Assembly: GCA_963736005.1 (NCBI GenBank)
Contig: CAVTNB010000001.1
Location: 768,001 to 832,000, forward strand
Source of the DNA: an uncultured Pseudomonadota bacterium
Lineage (GTDB): Bacteria; Vulcanimicrobiota; Vulcanimicrobiia; Eremiobacterales; Eremiobacteraceae
Reading direction: 5' to 3'
DNA: 64,000 bases
Shown here piece after piece: positions 19,086 to 30,813 of the stretch (position 1 is the first letter of the stretch; each line of letters opens with the position of its first letter). Position numbers and translations under genes: made by a program. The notes beneath the pieces were generated by a model, which searched no databases, was not told the origin of the DNA, and was given only the letters and a program-made list of their open reading frames with translations.

Positions 19086-20324
19086 TTAACTGAAGACGGG
19101 GGCGGGGAATTTTTCCTCATCTATCTTGACGCCCGCCGCTTCGCGCAGCGTGAGCGCGAGGTCGGTCTTCTCCCACGGCAAGTCCAGATCCGGACGACCG
19201 AAATGACCGTAGGCTGACACTTGGCGGTAGATGGGCCGGCGCAAATTCAATTTTTCGATGATCGCGCCGGGGCGCAAGTCAAAGTGCGCATCGACCAGCT
19301 GGCAAATTCTCTCTTCTTCTACTCTGTTCGTGCCAAAGCACTCGACGTAGATCGAGACCGGCTTGGCCACGCCGATGGCATAGGCAACTTGCACTTCGCA
19401 GCGGTCTGCAAGACCCGATGCAACGATGTTCTTGGCGACGTATCTAGCTGCGTAAGCACCCGATCGGTCGACTTTGGTCGGATCTTTCCCGGAGAACGCG
19501 CCACCACCATGGCGCGCCATGCCCCCGTAGGTGTCGGCGATGATCTTGCGCCCCGTGAGGCCCGCATCACCGAGCGGGCCGCCGATAACAAAGCGTCCGG
19601 TAGGATTCACGAAGATTCGCGTTTCCTTGTCGCGCAAGTGACCGTCGATGGCGGTGTCAATGACATGGCTGACGATGTTTTCGCGGATGACGTCGAGGGG
19701 ATAACCGTCGGCGTGTTGCGCCGAGACGACAATCGCGTCAACGCGCGCCGGCTTGAAACCATCGTACTCGACGGTAACTTGTGCCTTGCCGTCTGGCCGC
19801 AAGTACTCGATGACTTTGTTCTTTCGAGCTGCGGCGAGCGTGCGAGTCAATCGATGCGCGAGGACGATGGGCAGCGGCATGAGTTCTTTGGTTTCGCGGC
19901 AAGCAAAGCCAAACATCATCCCTTGGTCGCCAGCACCGAGCGCTTCGAGGGCATTCTTTGCGCTGAACTCGCCTTCTTTGACCTCAAGCGCCTTATCGAC
20001 ACCCATTGCGATGTCTTGGGATTGCTCGTCGATGGACACTGAAATGCCGCACGTGTCGGCGTCGAATCCGTATTTGGCCCGCGTATATCCGATATCGCGA
20101 AGCACTTGGCGCACGATCCTGGGAATCTCCACGTAACAGTTCGTGCTAATCTCTCCGGCGATGTGCACCTGGCCGGTGATAACAAACGTCTCGACGGCAA
20201 CGCGCCCGGTCGGGTCTTGCCCTAAGATCGCGTCGAGCACGGCGTCCGAAATTTGGTCTGCCACCTTATCTGGGTGACCTTCGGTGACACTCTCAGAAGT
20301 GAACAGTTTCTTGACTCTTGACAT
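19086..20324 (-). CDS. metK: S-adenosylmethionine synthetase
   Basis: [35 protein letters not shown]. Confidence 0.98.
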   Translation of the reverse strand: MSRVKKLFTSESVTEGHPDKVADQISDAVLDAILGQDPTGRVAVETFVITGQVHIAGEISTNCYVEIPRIVRQVLRDIGYTRAKYGFDADTCGISVSIDEQSQDIAMGVDKALEVKEGEFSAKNALEALGAGDQGMMFGFACRETKELMPLPIVLAHRLTRTLAAARKNKVIEYLRPDGKAQVTVEYDGFKPARVDAIVVSAQHADGYPLDVIRENIVSHVIDTAIDGHLRDKETRIFVNPTGRFVIGGPLGDAGLTGRKIIADTYGGMARHGGGAFSGKDPTKVDRSGAYAARYVAKNIVASGLADRCEVQVAYAIGVAKPVSIYVECFGTNRVEEERICQLVDAHFDLRPGAIIEKLNLRRPIYRQVSAYGHFGRPDLDLPWEKTDLALTLREAAGVKIDEEKFPAPVFS

Positions 20325-20329
20325 TACCT

Positions 20330-21634
<1,305 letters not shown>

Positions 21635-21657
21635 CTATGACGTAGCACGCGGACTTC

Positions 21658-21792
21658 TGACTCCAGTGTCGCGGAATCCTGGCTCGTACGGTGTGGCGCT
21701 GCGACGTTTGGTTGGTCCGAAGCTTCGCACATGCGCGCGACAAGGACACCGTGAAGGCGCGCGCTAAACGGCCAGATGCTCTTGTGGGGTGA
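21658..21792. ncRNA. Candidate structured RNA of unresolved identity (SAH-riboswitch-like or 6S-like)
   Basis: Nested complementary pairs ACTCCA/TGGGGT, CTGGC/GCCAG, ACGGTGT/ACACCGT and TGCGA/TCGCA in the divergent intergenic region. Confidence 0.3.
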
Positions 21793-21810
21793 TTGGCCGG
21801 GCGAGTGGGT

Positions 21811-21863
21811 GGGGCGATTCGCCAGTCGCCCCCTACAAGGGCGACTTGACAGTCGCCCTCTAC
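21811..21863 (-). repeat. Two tandem REP family A hairpins
   Basis: GGGGCGATTCGCCAGTCGCCCCCTAC and GGGCGACTTGACAGTCGCCCTCTAC. Confidence 0.85.
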
Positions 21864-21886
21864 ACAGTAACCCGAGGGGAGATTTC

Positions 21887-22522
21887 GTGCCGCTTACTGC
21901 GCTCTCGATGGAGGCCTTTGCCCGCAAGTTGGCCTCGGCCGATCCCACACCGGGAGGCGGAAGCGTTGCAGCAGCAGTTGGTTCGTTCGGGGCCGGTCTT
22001 GTGCGGATGGTTGCCCTGCTCACCAGCAACTCGCCCAAACACGCCAGCGTCTCCGCGCGATGCCAAGCGATTGGCGACTCCGCCGGCAGTCTGTGCGAAG
22101 CGTTGCTGCGGCTCGTCGACGAAGATACAGAAGCGTTCGATCGCGTGAGCGCTGCCTACCGACTGCCAAGAAATACCGACCCGGACAAGGCAACGCGCTC
22201 TGCGGCGATTCAACGAGCATTAGCTGGGGCAATCGTACCTCCGACCAAAGTCATCGCTCACGCACGCGAGATCTGCGAACTAGCCGTTGAGCTCGCCGAC
22301 ATTGGCAATCCAAACGCGCTGAGCGATATCGGCTGCGCGGCGTTGTGCGCACGGTCGGCTGCAGAGGGTGCCGCCCTCAACGTCGACGTTAACGCGCGCT
22401 CGCTCAAAGATCGCGCCGAGGCACAGAAACATTTGGATCGAGCCAACCAGGGAGTTGCACAAGTTAGCCTTCTCTCCGAGGTGATCTTGGGCAAGTTGCG
22501 CGGCATGGTGGAGTTCGGATGA
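21887..22522 (+). CDS. Formiminotetrahydrofolate cyclodeaminase / cyclohydrolase-family protein
   Basis: LASADPTPGGGSVAA, LVDEDTEAF, GNPNALSD; GTG start after GAGGGGAG. Confidence 0.9.
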   Translation: MPLTALSMEAFARKLASADPTPGGGSVAAAVGSFGAGLVRMVALLTSNSPKHASVSARCQAIGDSAGSLCEALLRLVDEDTEAFDRVSAAYRLPRNTDPDKATRSAAIQRALAGAIVPPTKVIAHAREICELAVELADIGNPNALSDIGCAALCARSAAEGAALNVDVNARSLKDRAEAQKHLDRANQGVAQVSLLSEVILGKLRGMVEFG

Positions 22523-23370
22523 GTCCTGCTCGCGTGCTCGACGGCAGGCCGGTTGCCGCGGCGATTCGAGAACAAGTCAAAGCACGCGCTTCGAAGCTGC
22601 GCGAGCGCAACACTACACCGACGTGCGCCATCGTTCTCGTCGAAGGCGATGAACCCGGCGGCCTGTATGCCGCGCAGATCGCCAAGAGTGCAGCGCCGCT
22701 GGGCGTGAACGTCGAGATTCGCCAATTGCCTCGTGACGCGACCACCAATGATGCGCTGGTGGCGGTGGCGAGCATTGTCGACGATCCGCACATTCAAGCC
22801 ATGATGGTGCAGCGGCCGCTCCCGCCCGGGCTCGATGCAGAACGAATCGCCGAAGAGATCGATCCCCGTAAGGACGTCGACGGAGCACACCCATACAATC
22901 AAGGGCTCCTCGTCGCGGGAGAGACTTTTTTTGTTCCCGCGACAGCTGCTGCGGTTATGGAGCTGCTTCGGCAACCCTCACTGCCATCGCTCGACGGAGC
23001 CCGAGCTGTCGTCCTTGGCCGTTCTGCGGTCGTTGGGCGACCGGTCGCGCTGTTGCTCACCGCCGCGAATGCCACGGTCACGATTTGTCACTCGCACACC
23101 AGGGATTTGCCGGCGGTGGCCCGCGAGGCAGAGATTCTCGTCGCCGCGGTGGGGCACCCGAAGTTTGTTACGGCGGCGATGGTGAAGCCCGGCGCTACGG
23201 TGATCGATGTCGGCACGAATTTCGTTGCCGGACACTTCGTTGGTGACGTCGATGAGGACGCGGTCGCGCCCGTTGCTGGCGTCATCACTCCCGTGCCCGG
23301 CGGCGTTGGTCCTGTGACCACAGCCGTCTTGTTGCGCAGCATTGTTGAAGCCGCGGAGCGATCTCGATAG
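22519..23370 (+). CDS. folD: Bifunctional methylene-THF dehydrogenase/cyclohydrolase
   Basis: KDVDG, GRSAVVGRP, TPVPGGVGPVT. Confidence 0.95.
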   Translation: MSPARVLDGRPVAAAIREQVKARASKLRERNTTPTCAIVLVEGDEPGGLYAAQIAKSAAPLGVNVEIRQLPRDATTNDALVAVASIVDDPHIQAMMVQRPLPPGLDAERIAEEIDPRKDVDGAHPYNQGLLVAGETFFVPATAAAVMELLRQPSLPSLDGARAVVLGRSAVVGRPVALLLTAANATVTICHSHTRDLPAVAREAEILVAAVGHPKFVTAAMVKPGATVIDVGTNFVAGHFVGDVDEDAVAPVAGVITPVPGGVGPVTTAVLLRSIVEAAERSR

Positions 23371-23371
23371 C

Positions 23372-24193
23372 ATGCTCAAAGTTGATTTGCACACGCACAC
23401 AACCATCTCGGATGGACGGCTGGATCCGGCGGCGCTCGTACGAGCCATCGCGACCTCCGGGCTGGACTACTTCTCGATCACTGACCACGATACGATGGGT
23501 ATGTATCTTCAGCATGGCGCGCTGCTCGAAACGTTCGGTAACAAGGTGATCAGCGGCGTTGAAGTCAGCACCTTTGGTGAGGGCCGTGAAGTGCATATCT
23601 TAGGCTACGGTTTGCCCGTGGGTCCGGCAACGCTGGATGGCGTGCTCACCGATCGCCGGCTGGCGCGACACAATCGGGCGGCTCTCATCGTACAAAAGCT
23701 TCAGGATATGGGTGTGAATATCTCGATGAGTGAGGTCCAAGGCAAGGCTCAGGGAGGCATGATCGGTCGGCCGCACATCGCGCGGGTTCTCGTTGAAAAT
23801 GGGGTGGCTCGTGACGTGAGCGACGCGTTCGATCGCTACATTGGGTCGGCGTGTCCGGCGTTTGTTCCGTCCAGTACGCTCACGCCTGTTGCCGCCATCC
23901 GGGCGATCAACGAGTGCGGCGGGGTATCTGTCCTCGCGCACCCCACTCGCAACAAAGCGGAAGAGCTGCTCGAGAATCTCGTGCACAAAGGGTTGCGTGG
24001 CGTCGAGGCATATTCGACCAGTCACACAGCGCACGACGCGCAGCGCCTGCGCGCGATTGCGCACAAACACAATCTTGTGATGACGGCCGGCACGGACTTT
24101 CACGGGCCAACGGATCTCAATCCGCTGCCAGGTTGCGAAGTCGACGACGACGACCTGCGCGGTTTCCTCGAGCTCGTCCGGGCGCGCGCATAG
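23372..24193 (+). CDS. PHP-domain phosphoesterase (TrpH/YciV-like)
   Basis: DLHTHTTISDG, ITDHD, GRPHIA, AHP, GTDFHG. Confidence 0.92.
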   Translation: MLKVDLHTHTTISDGRLDPAALVRAIATSGLDYFSITDHDTMGMYLQHGALLETFGNKVISGVEVSTFGEGREVHILGYGLPVGPATLDGVLTDRRLARHNRAALIVQKLQDMGVNISMSEVQGKAQGGMIGRPHIARVLVENGVARDVSDAFDRYIGSACPAFVPSSTLTPVAAIRAINECGGVSVLAHPTRNKAEELLENLVHKGLRGVEAYSTSHTAHDAQRLRAIAHKHNLVMTAGTDFHGPTDLNPLPGCEVDDDDLRGFLELVRARA

Positions 24194-24224
24194 GGACGCA
24201 GACGTTCGCGAAGAAGCTCGTGGC

Positions 24225-24812
24225 GTGACCGCACGACCCCGTCGGCAGGACGAGCCGCCGTCTAACGATCAGAATGCCTTTCTCGAACACGCCATGACGA
24301 CGTACGGCCGCCAAACCTACAATTATGCGTACCGGTTGACCGGCAATGAAGCGGACGCTCGCGACCTAACGCAAGAGGCTTTCATACGCGTGTTTCGCGC
24401 CTGGCGTTCATTTCAAGCGGGAACGTCATTTCTGTCGTGGATCTATCGGATCGTCACGAACCTTCACCGCGACGAATTGCGCAAGCGCAAAGGCGTCTTC
24501 TTGCAGGAGCTGCCGGATGACAACATGGCGCATGAGCTGCCCAAAGAAGCCCGGGAACACGATCCAATTGCCCTGATGCACGACCGGCAGCTATCAGCGA
24601 CGGTGGCGGCCGCCTTACAACAGTTGACGGCTGACCAACGGGCTGTTGTACTTCTCGCGGACGTCGAAGAGCGGTCCTATCAGGAGATAGCCGATATCAT
24701 GGCATGTTCCATTGGAACTGTGCGCTCGCGCCTGCATCGGGCGAGGCTGCAACTGCGAAAGCTCATTCCAAAGCGGCGCGAGGAAGAGCAAAGGCAGGGG
24801 TTTTCGGTATGA
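24225..24812 (+). CDS. ECF RNA polymerase sigma factor (RpoE/SigW-like)
   Basis: DARDLTQEAFIRV, SWIYRIVTN, SYQEIA..GTVRSRLHRAR. Confidence 0.94.
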   Translation: MTARPRRQDEPPSNDQNAFLEHAMTTYGRQTYNYAYRLTGNEADARDLTQEAFIRVFRAWRSFQAGTSFLSWIYRIVTNLHRDELRKRKGVFLQELPDDNMAHELPKEAREHDPIALMHDRQLSATVAAALQQLTADQRAVVLLADVEERSYQEIADIMACSIGTVRSRLHRARLQLRKLIPKRREEEQRQGFSV

Positions 24813-24942
24813 AACGTATTTGCGGGACAGGGACGCTCGCGAATAAATTCGCGAGACTACATAGCGGAACGGAACGACCCTCACGCCCGTTATCTAGAGT
24901 GAGGGGATTGCGAACCACGCCTCCTTTGAGAGACTCAATATC

Positions 24943-25425
24943 ATGACGTGCCAAAACTGCCGCGAACTGCTCGCTGATTATCAGCATGGTGAACTCGACG
25001 CCGCCGCCGATGCGACCGTGTTCGAGCATATCTCAACCTGCGCTTCGTGCCGCGAAGAGCTCGCAGCGCAGACGGCCATGACCGAGACGCTGCGAGGCGC
25101 GTTTGCCGAAGAACTCGATCTGCCGATGTCCGTTGTCGCCGGGGTGCGACAAGCGGTGCATCGAGAACGCAGCGTGACCTTCGTCAACGCACTGCGCGGG
25201 TTGTTGAGACCGATTGTGCTCGCGCCAACCGCCGTGGCCATCATGCTGGTTGCCGGCGTGGCCTCATACGTTCACAACGGCTCGAGTGCTCCGCTAGTGT
25301 CGGCGGACTATCTCGTGCGGCAGCACGTCGTGCATACGATGAATTCGCAATCGGGCGATCGCGCCTGGAACGCGTACCTCCTCACTTCGGCTACGAGCGA
25401 AGACGCGAATGGTCCGAACAAATAA
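24943..25425 (+). CDS. Zinc-binding anti-sigma factor (zf-HC2) with TM helix
   Basis: C..CRELL and HISTCASC motif plus one TM, downstream of the ECF sigma. Confidence 0.88.
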   Translation: MTCQNCRELLADYQHGELDAAADATVFEHISTCASCREELAAQTAMTETLRGAFAEELDLPMSVVAGVRQAVHRERSVTFVNALRGLLRPIVLAPTAVAIMLVAGVASYVHNGSSAPLVSADYLVRQHVVHTMNSQSGDRAWNAYLLTSATSEDANGPNK

Positions 25426-26455
25426 ACTCTGGGTGCGTCTCCTCGTCTTGCCGCTCGCGCTCGCGTCGGTGCTTTTTGCGCGTTCTATCGGCCTCGCTGG
25501 CACGAACGGCGCTGCGCTCTACAGCGAGGCGGTGGAAGCCGACGACCACGTTTCCTATTATGCCACCCTCACGTCGGTCGTGTACGAGAGCGATCACGCA
25601 GCGTCAACCGTCGCGCGCATCGAGCATCAAGCGCCGCACTCGTGGCGGCTCTGGTATATGGCACCAGCCGATGCCTATGGACGTTTGATCGTCAGCAACG
25701 AACAACAAACCTACCAATACGAGCCAAAGCTTAATCGCGTCATTAGCCACGATTGGAACGCCTCGGCTCCCGGGGTCGCGCAACCTGTCGATGTCAGCGT
25801 GGTTCTGAAAAACTACAATGTTGAAGTCGGTCCTGCCAGTTCGATCGCCGGTCGCGCGACGCACAGTCTGTCGCTCGTGTCACGCTACACGGGGAATGTG
25901 GTGCAACGCGTGTGGGTGGACGATAAGACGAAGCTTATTTTGCGCCTAGAGAACTACAATGGCGACGGCGAGGTCACCATGCATACGAGTTTCGACAGCA
26001 TCCGGGTGGGTGGCGATTTTCCGCCAGAGTTGTTCGCTCTTGAAGTGCCCAAGGGCATGACCTTGGTGCGTGGTTTCGACTACGGGCAATCAACATTGAA
26101 CACGACTGACCTTTTGAAGGCGGCAAATTTTCAATTTGCCGAACCTAAGTATTTGCCCGACGGCTTTGCGCTTGTTTCAGGAAGCGTTGCGATGCGCAAC
26201 GGTGTGCAGACGATTCAACTGGTGTACGGCGATGGCTTGCGGACGTTTTCCCTCTTCGAAAACGCGACCGGCCGCCTGCCGAGCTTCGACGAAGCAACGC
26301 CGAAGCCAATCCAGGTGGGCAGTGCGAGCGCCGAGTATGCGGACATCGAAGGCAAGACGCTTGTCTCATGGAACGACGGCGGACTCAATTTGACGATCGT
26401 CGGTGACCTCTCCGAAAAGGAAAGCGCGACGATCGGAGCCTCAATTCATCCTTAA
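25409..26455 (+). CDS. MucB/RseB-like periplasmic sigma-E regulator (LolA-like fold)
   Basis: Signal peptide, VWVDDKTKLILR, YLPDGF, YGDGLRTFSLFE. Confidence 0.82.
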   Translation: MVRTNKLWVRLLVLPLALASVLFARSIGLAGTNGAALYSEAVEADDHVSYYATLTSVVYESDHAASTVARIEHQAPHSWRLWYMAPADAYGRLIVSNEQQTYQYEPKLNRVISHDWNASAPGVAQPVDVSVVLKNYNVEVGPASSIAGRATHSLSLVSRYTGNVVQRVWVDDKTKLILRLENYNGDGEVTMHTSFDSIRVGGDFPPELFALEVPKGMTLVRGFDYGQSTLNTTDLLKAANFQFAEPKYLPDGFALVSGSVAMRNGVQTIQLVYGDGLRTFSLFENATGRLPSFDEATPKPIQVGSASAEYADIEGKTLVSWNDGGLNLTIVGDLSEKESATIGASIHP

Positions 26456-27479
26456 AGTTTACTTCGATCCGGTCATGGAGCGACACGACACGGGACTCAG
26501 CCACCCGGAACGCGCTGAGCGTCTCGAGGCCTTTGCGGTTGGGTTGGAAGCCGGTGGCGTCGCGCGCTCGGCGTTTGTGAAACCGAAGGTCGCCAGTCTT
26601 GCTTCGATCCAGGCCGTGCATCCGCAAGCGTACGCGGCGATCGTGGAAAGCGTCTGCAACCAGACCCCGCCCGGATCGCTTGCCGAGTTGCCCACCGGTG
26701 ACACGGTAGTTTCGCACGATAGCTTTGCGATTGCGCTCACTGCCGCGGGCGGCGCGCTCGATGCAGCAGCGGCCGCAACCAGCTCGCAACCCGCGCTCGC
26801 GCTTATCCGCCCCCCGGGGCACCACGCCGAACCGGCCCGTGGCATGGGATTTTGCCTCTTCAACAACGTTGCGATCGCGGCGGCATGGGCGTTGCGAGAG
26901 CGCGGCAACGTGCTCATTGCCGATTTCGACTATCACCACGGAAACGGCACGCAAGCGTGGGTTGAACAGGCGCTCGAGCAAGGACAGCATGGCCTTGGGT
27001 TTGTTTCCACGCATGCCTATCCCGCGTATCCGGGGACGGGGGCTTTCGATGAGTCGCGCGTGAGCGATGCAGGATTCGTCATTGACATCCCGCTCGCGCA
27101 CGCAACCGGCACGGATGATTTTATTGCGGTGTGGAGCAGCCTTCTGCCCGCAGTGGTGCAGCGGGTCAAGCCGCAAATCATTATCGTTTCGGCGGGGTTT
27201 GATTTTCTGGCCGGCGATCCGATTGCAGGACTTCCGATCGCGACGCGCGCGGTGGATGCGCTGTGCGCTCTCCTGGGGTCCGCCGCAGCGCACAGCAATG
27301 CCACGCTCGCGCTCGTCCTCGAAGGCGGTTATTCGCTCGACAATTTGCGAGCAAGCGGGGCTGCATTGGCAGCGGACTTTGGTTCGGCGACTGCGAGCGT
27401 CCACGTGCCGTCTTCGCAATCGCCGCGCGATGAGCGCCTGCGCTCGATGGTTAGTGAAGCGTTGGGTTGGCTTCGTTGA
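26403..27479 (+). CDS. Histone deacetylase-family amidohydrolase
   Basis: HPE..ERL, RPPGHHA, GFCLFNNVA, DYHHGNGT, SAGFD, LEGGY; start uncertain. Confidence 0.92.
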   Translation: MTSPKRKARRSEPQFILKVYFDPVMERHDTGLSHPERAERLEAFAVGLEAGGVARSAFVKPKVASLASIQAVHPQAYAAIVESVCNQTPPGSLAELPTGDTVVSHDSFAIALTAAGGALDAAAAATSSQPALALIRPPGHHAEPARGMGFCLFNNVAIAAAWALRERGNVLIADFDYHHGNGTQAWVEQALEQGQHGLGFVSTHAYPAYPGTGAFDESRVSDAGFVIDIPLAHATGTDDFIAVWSSLLPAVVQRVKPQIIIVSAGFDFLAGDPIAGLPIATRAVDALCALLGSAAAHSNATLALVLEGGYSLDNLRASGAALAADFGSATASVHVPSSQSPRDERLRSMVSEALGWLR

Positions 27480-28958
27480 CTATTGGGCTAGCTGTTTGAT
27501 GTAAGAGCGCGCTTTGTTGGCTCCATCACCAGTCGGTACGTAGGCCAGATATCGCTTGTATGCCAGGGTTGCAGCTTGCTTGTCGCCCTGGTGACGACAC
27601 GTCTCACCCAGAATAAACCACAACTGCGGATCGGGATGAGCCTTATCTTGGTGGGCGGTCAGCGCCTCGAAGACTTCGCGAGCGTGTATGTAGTCCTTTA
27701 GGTTGAAATATGACAAGCCTAAGTTGAAGAGGCTCGTATACGTATGCATCAAGTCGAATGATGCTTTGAAATTGTCGCGCGCCTGCGCCCATTGCCCTTG
27801 CGCGGCGTATGATTGCGCGAGCCAGAATAAAGCTTCCGCATTGCCGGGCTCAAGGTTGCCGATCTTGGAAAAGGCGTCTTGTGCCACGGTGAAATGCCGC
27901 ATGCTGAGCAGCTCAAAACGTCCATACTCAAAGAGGAGCGTTGTATTTTGCGGCGCGAGGGCGAGGGCTGATTGGAATTCCTTTTCGGCCTGCGTGCCGT
28001 TTTTCTGCTGCAAGTCATATTCGGCTTGGAGCGCCCACGGTTCGGAGTCCTTCGGGTGGTCTTTGATGGCTTGGGCGAACTCTTGACGCGCTTGATCGAC
28101 CATCTTTTTTTGGAGATATAATTGCGCAATATTGTCTTCGGGCTCGACCGAGTCAGGTTCGAGCTTCACGACCTGTTGGAGCGCCGCCACTGCGTCCGTC
28201 ACATCGTTCTTTTGCGCAAGCGCTTCAGCTTTGCCGGCCAAAGCGTCGACGTTCTTGGGATCCTCAGTCAACACTTCATTATAAATGCCCAGCGCCTTAT
28301 CGGCGTCCGGACTCTTTTGCGCGAGATACGACTTGGCGATGAGGAGCTTCGCTCGCGTGTCTTTGGGATCGATCTGCAGTGCCCGATTGAGCGAAGCTCG
28401 GCCTTGGTCTAGTTTTCCTTGGTTCAGTTGCACCATCCCAAGCTGCTCATAAGAAAATGCTTCGGCGGGATGCAGCTCAACGGCGCGATTTGCGACGCGC
28501 AGCGCATCGTCCAAACGTCCAACCTGCAGATATGCACCGATCAAGCTTTGGAGCACAGCCGGGTTGGCGGGGTCCAAAATTTCTGCCCGCTCGAAGGAGG
28601 TGACGCTGTCGGCAACGTCACCGAGCTCGCTGTCGGCAATACCGATAAAATACCACACCTCAGCATCGTCCATGCCCAGGCGTACGGCTGTTTCGAGATG
28701 GTCTCGGCCATCGCTTGGATCTCCGGTCTCAACGAGAAGTTGCCCGAGTTCGGCGTGTGAGGCCTTGTCGTTGGGATTGTCTTTGACCGTCTGCGTCAAC
28801 GTTGTAATGCGCTCTTGCGGAGTCGGTGTTGGCGATTCGCTGGGTGACGGGCTGGGCGTCGGGCCGTGTGGCCTTGCTGCGACGCCGGCCGGCTGCTGCA
28901 GCGCCACGATCGCAAGGATGAACAAACCGACCAAGGCGATGACGAAATAACGGGGCAA
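27480..28958 (-). CDS. Exported tetratricopeptide-repeat protein
   Basis: Signal peptide, PT/PS linker, many TPR-like helical repeats. Confidence 0.85.
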   Translation of the reverse strand: MPRYFVIALVGLFILAIVALQQPAGVAARPHGPTPSPSPSESPTPTPQERITTLTQTVKDNPNDKASHAELGQLLVETGDPSDGRDHLETAVRLGMDDAEVWYFIGIADSELGDVADSVTSFERAEILDPANPAVLQSLIGAYLQVGRLDDALRVANRAVELHPAEAFSYEQLGMVQLNQGKLDQGRASLNRALQIDPKDTRAKLLIAKSYLAQKSPDADKALGIYNEVLTEDPKNVDALAGKAEALAQKNDVTDAVAALQQVVKLEPDSVEPEDNIAQLYLQKKMVDQARQEFAQAIKDHPKDSEPWALQAEYDLQQKNGTQAEKEFQSALALAPQNTTLLFEYGRFELLSMRHFTVAQDAFSKIGNLEPGNAEALFWLAQSYAAQGQWAQARDNFKASFDLMHTYTSLFNLGLSYFNLKDYIHAREVFEALTAHQDKAHPDPQLWFILGETCRHQGDKQAATLAYKRYLAYVPTGDGANKARSYIKQLAQ

Positions 28959-28976
28959 CTGCGGTCCTTTCCCAAG

Positions 28977-29001
28977 GGGCGACTTGACAGTCGCCCGCTA
29001 C
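28977..29001 (-). repeat. REP family A hairpin
   Basis: GGGCGACTTGACAGTCGCCCGCTAC; single copies also near 32972, 45590, 47676 and 52236. Confidence 0.85.
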
Positions 29002-29019
29002 ATTATAGTGATATAACGA

Positions 29020-30000
29020 TTAGGAGGCGCCCTTGCGTTCCCTTACAAGCTTTGTCAGTTCCGGCACGATGCCAAACAAATCGCCGACCACGCCGAAATC
29101 GCAAAACTCGAAGATCGGAGCATTGGAATCCTTATTGATAGCAACGATAATGCCTGCACTGCGCATTCCGACTTTGTGCTGAATTGCGCCCGAGATGCCG
29201 CACGCGATGTAGAGTTGCGGCGTTACGGTTTTCCCTGTTTGACCAACTTGGTGCGCATGAGGGATCCAACCCGCGTCGACTGCAGCGCGCGACGCCCCTA
29301 CCGCTCCGCCGAGCGCGTCGGCGAGTGCTTCGATAATGTCAAAATGCTCTGGACCACCCAGACCACGGCCACCCGAGACGACAATGGTCGACTCCTCGAC
29401 CGTGAGTTTTCCAGCTTCGGCGGCGACGCGTTCCTCGACGCGGGCGGTGTAGTCACTTCGCGTCGGAGCCGCAAGAGCCACGATCTCCCCCTTGCCCTTT
29501 TCGTTACGAGCGGCAAAGCTGTTCGGACGGCAGACGATCACCTGATAGTCCGAACTCTTGAACTCGATCGTGCTGACGACCGAGCCCCCGAACTTTGGGG
29601 ACTGGATGACAAGCTTTCCATCCTTGACGCTCACGTCGTTCGCTTCGGTCACCACGCCCGCGCCGAGTCGAACCGCAAGGCGCGCCGCGGTATCTTTTCC
29701 CGCGTTGGTGGAGGGCACGAGCAGGGCTGCGGCGCCTGCCTGCTTGAGCAAAATTTCGAGGCTATCAACCGCCGGATCACCGAGGAATGCATCGATCGGC
29801 ACGTCGGCGCCCGTGTAGATTCGGTCGACCGGCGTTGCCAAGAGCGCCTCGGCTGCCTTGGCGGCGTCTTTGCCAAGCACGATCGCGGCCGAGGGAACGC
29901 TTAGCGCTTTGCCCAGGTCGGCCGCTTTGGTCGCCATCTCCAAGCCAACGCGACGAACTGCTCCACCTTCCTGCTCGACGAGCGCAAAAACGGCCTTCAC
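29020..30000 (-). CDS. etfA: Electron transfer flavoprotein alpha subunit
   Basis: VSGGRGLG, QVGQTGK, GISGAIQH, AINKD. Confidence 0.96.
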   Translation of the reverse strand: MKAVFALVEQEGGAVRRVGLEMATKAADLGKALSVPSAAIVLGKDAAKAAEALLATPVDRIYTGADVPIDAFLGDPAVDSLEILLKQAGAAALLVPSTNAGKDTAARLAVRLGAGVVTEANDVSVKDGKLVIQSPKFGGSVVSTIEFKSSDYQVIVCRPNSFAARNEKGKGEIVALAAPTRSDYTARVEERVAAEAGKLTVEESTIVVSGGRGLGGPEHFDIIEALADALGGAVGASRAAVDAGWIPHAHQVGQTGKTVTPQLYIACGISGAIQHKVGMRSAGIIVAINKDSNAPIFEFCDFGVVGDLFGIVPELTKLVRERKGAS

Positions 30001-30001
30001 G

Positions 30002-30793
30002 TTAGATCACTTTTTTCGCGATTAAGAAGTCCAGGATCTGGCGTGCGCCTTCCTTCGGATCCGAGACCGTGATGACGGTACCTTTCGCTCTGGCACCCAC
30101 CGCCGCAAACGAATCAACCTGCGTCTTGCTCCCTGCGTCGCCATAGCGTCCTGCCTCAGCGCCAATATCAGCGAGCGTCAACGTTTTGATTTCCTTTTTC
30201 TTGGCGCCCATGATGCCTTTGAGCGTGGGGTAGCGAGGCTCGTTGATGCTCTTGGTTACCGAGACGAGCGCCGGCAGGGACGCCGTGACGCGCCAGTAAC
30301 CGCTTTCGGTCTCGCGTTGAATTTCCACCTTGCCATCGCTCACCGTGAGCTTCTTTGCATAGGTAAGGCACGGAATGCCGAGATGTTCGGCGACGGCCGC
30401 GGGAACGATGCTGTTGATCGCATCGGTGCTTTGCGTTCCCGAAAGAACGAGATCGAAACCAATGTGCTTGAGGGCGAGCGCAAGCAGGTAGGCGGTTGCC
30501 ATCGTGTCGCTGCCGCCGACCGCGTCGTCGGACAGCATCGCCGCGTTATCGGCTCCCATGCCCAAAGCTTTGCGCACGATCTCCCCACCGCTTGTGGGCG
30601 CCATGGTCAAAATAGTGACCGTCGTGTCGCCGCCAATCGACTCCCGCAACCGCAGCGCTTCTTCGATTGCATATTCGTCGAATGGATTGAGGACGTTTTC
30701 GATCGAGCTTCGGTTGAGCCGCTTGGTCTGCGGATCAAAAGTCTTTTCCGCGTTCGTATCCGGGACTTGCTTGACGGTGACGACGATTTTCAA
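30002..30793 (-). CDS. etfB: Electron transfer flavoprotein beta subunit
   Basis: KQVPD, NPFDEYAIEEA, NEPRYPTLKGIM. Confidence 0.96.
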   Translation of the reverse strand: MKIVVTVKQVPDTNAEKTFDPQTKRLNRSSIENVLNPFDEYAIEEALRLRESIGGDTTVTILTMAPTSGGEIVRKALGMGADNAAMLSDDAVGGSDTMATAYLLALALKHIGFDLVLSGTQSTDAINSIVPAAVAEHLGIPCLTYAKKLTVSDGKVEIQRETESGYWRVTASLPALVSVTKSINEPRYPTLKGIMGAKKKEIKTLTLADIGAEAGRYGDAGSKTQVDSFAAVGARAKGTVITVSDPKEGARQILDFLIAKKVI

Positions 30794-30813
30794 AGCAAAA
30801 AGCAGCGCTCTTC

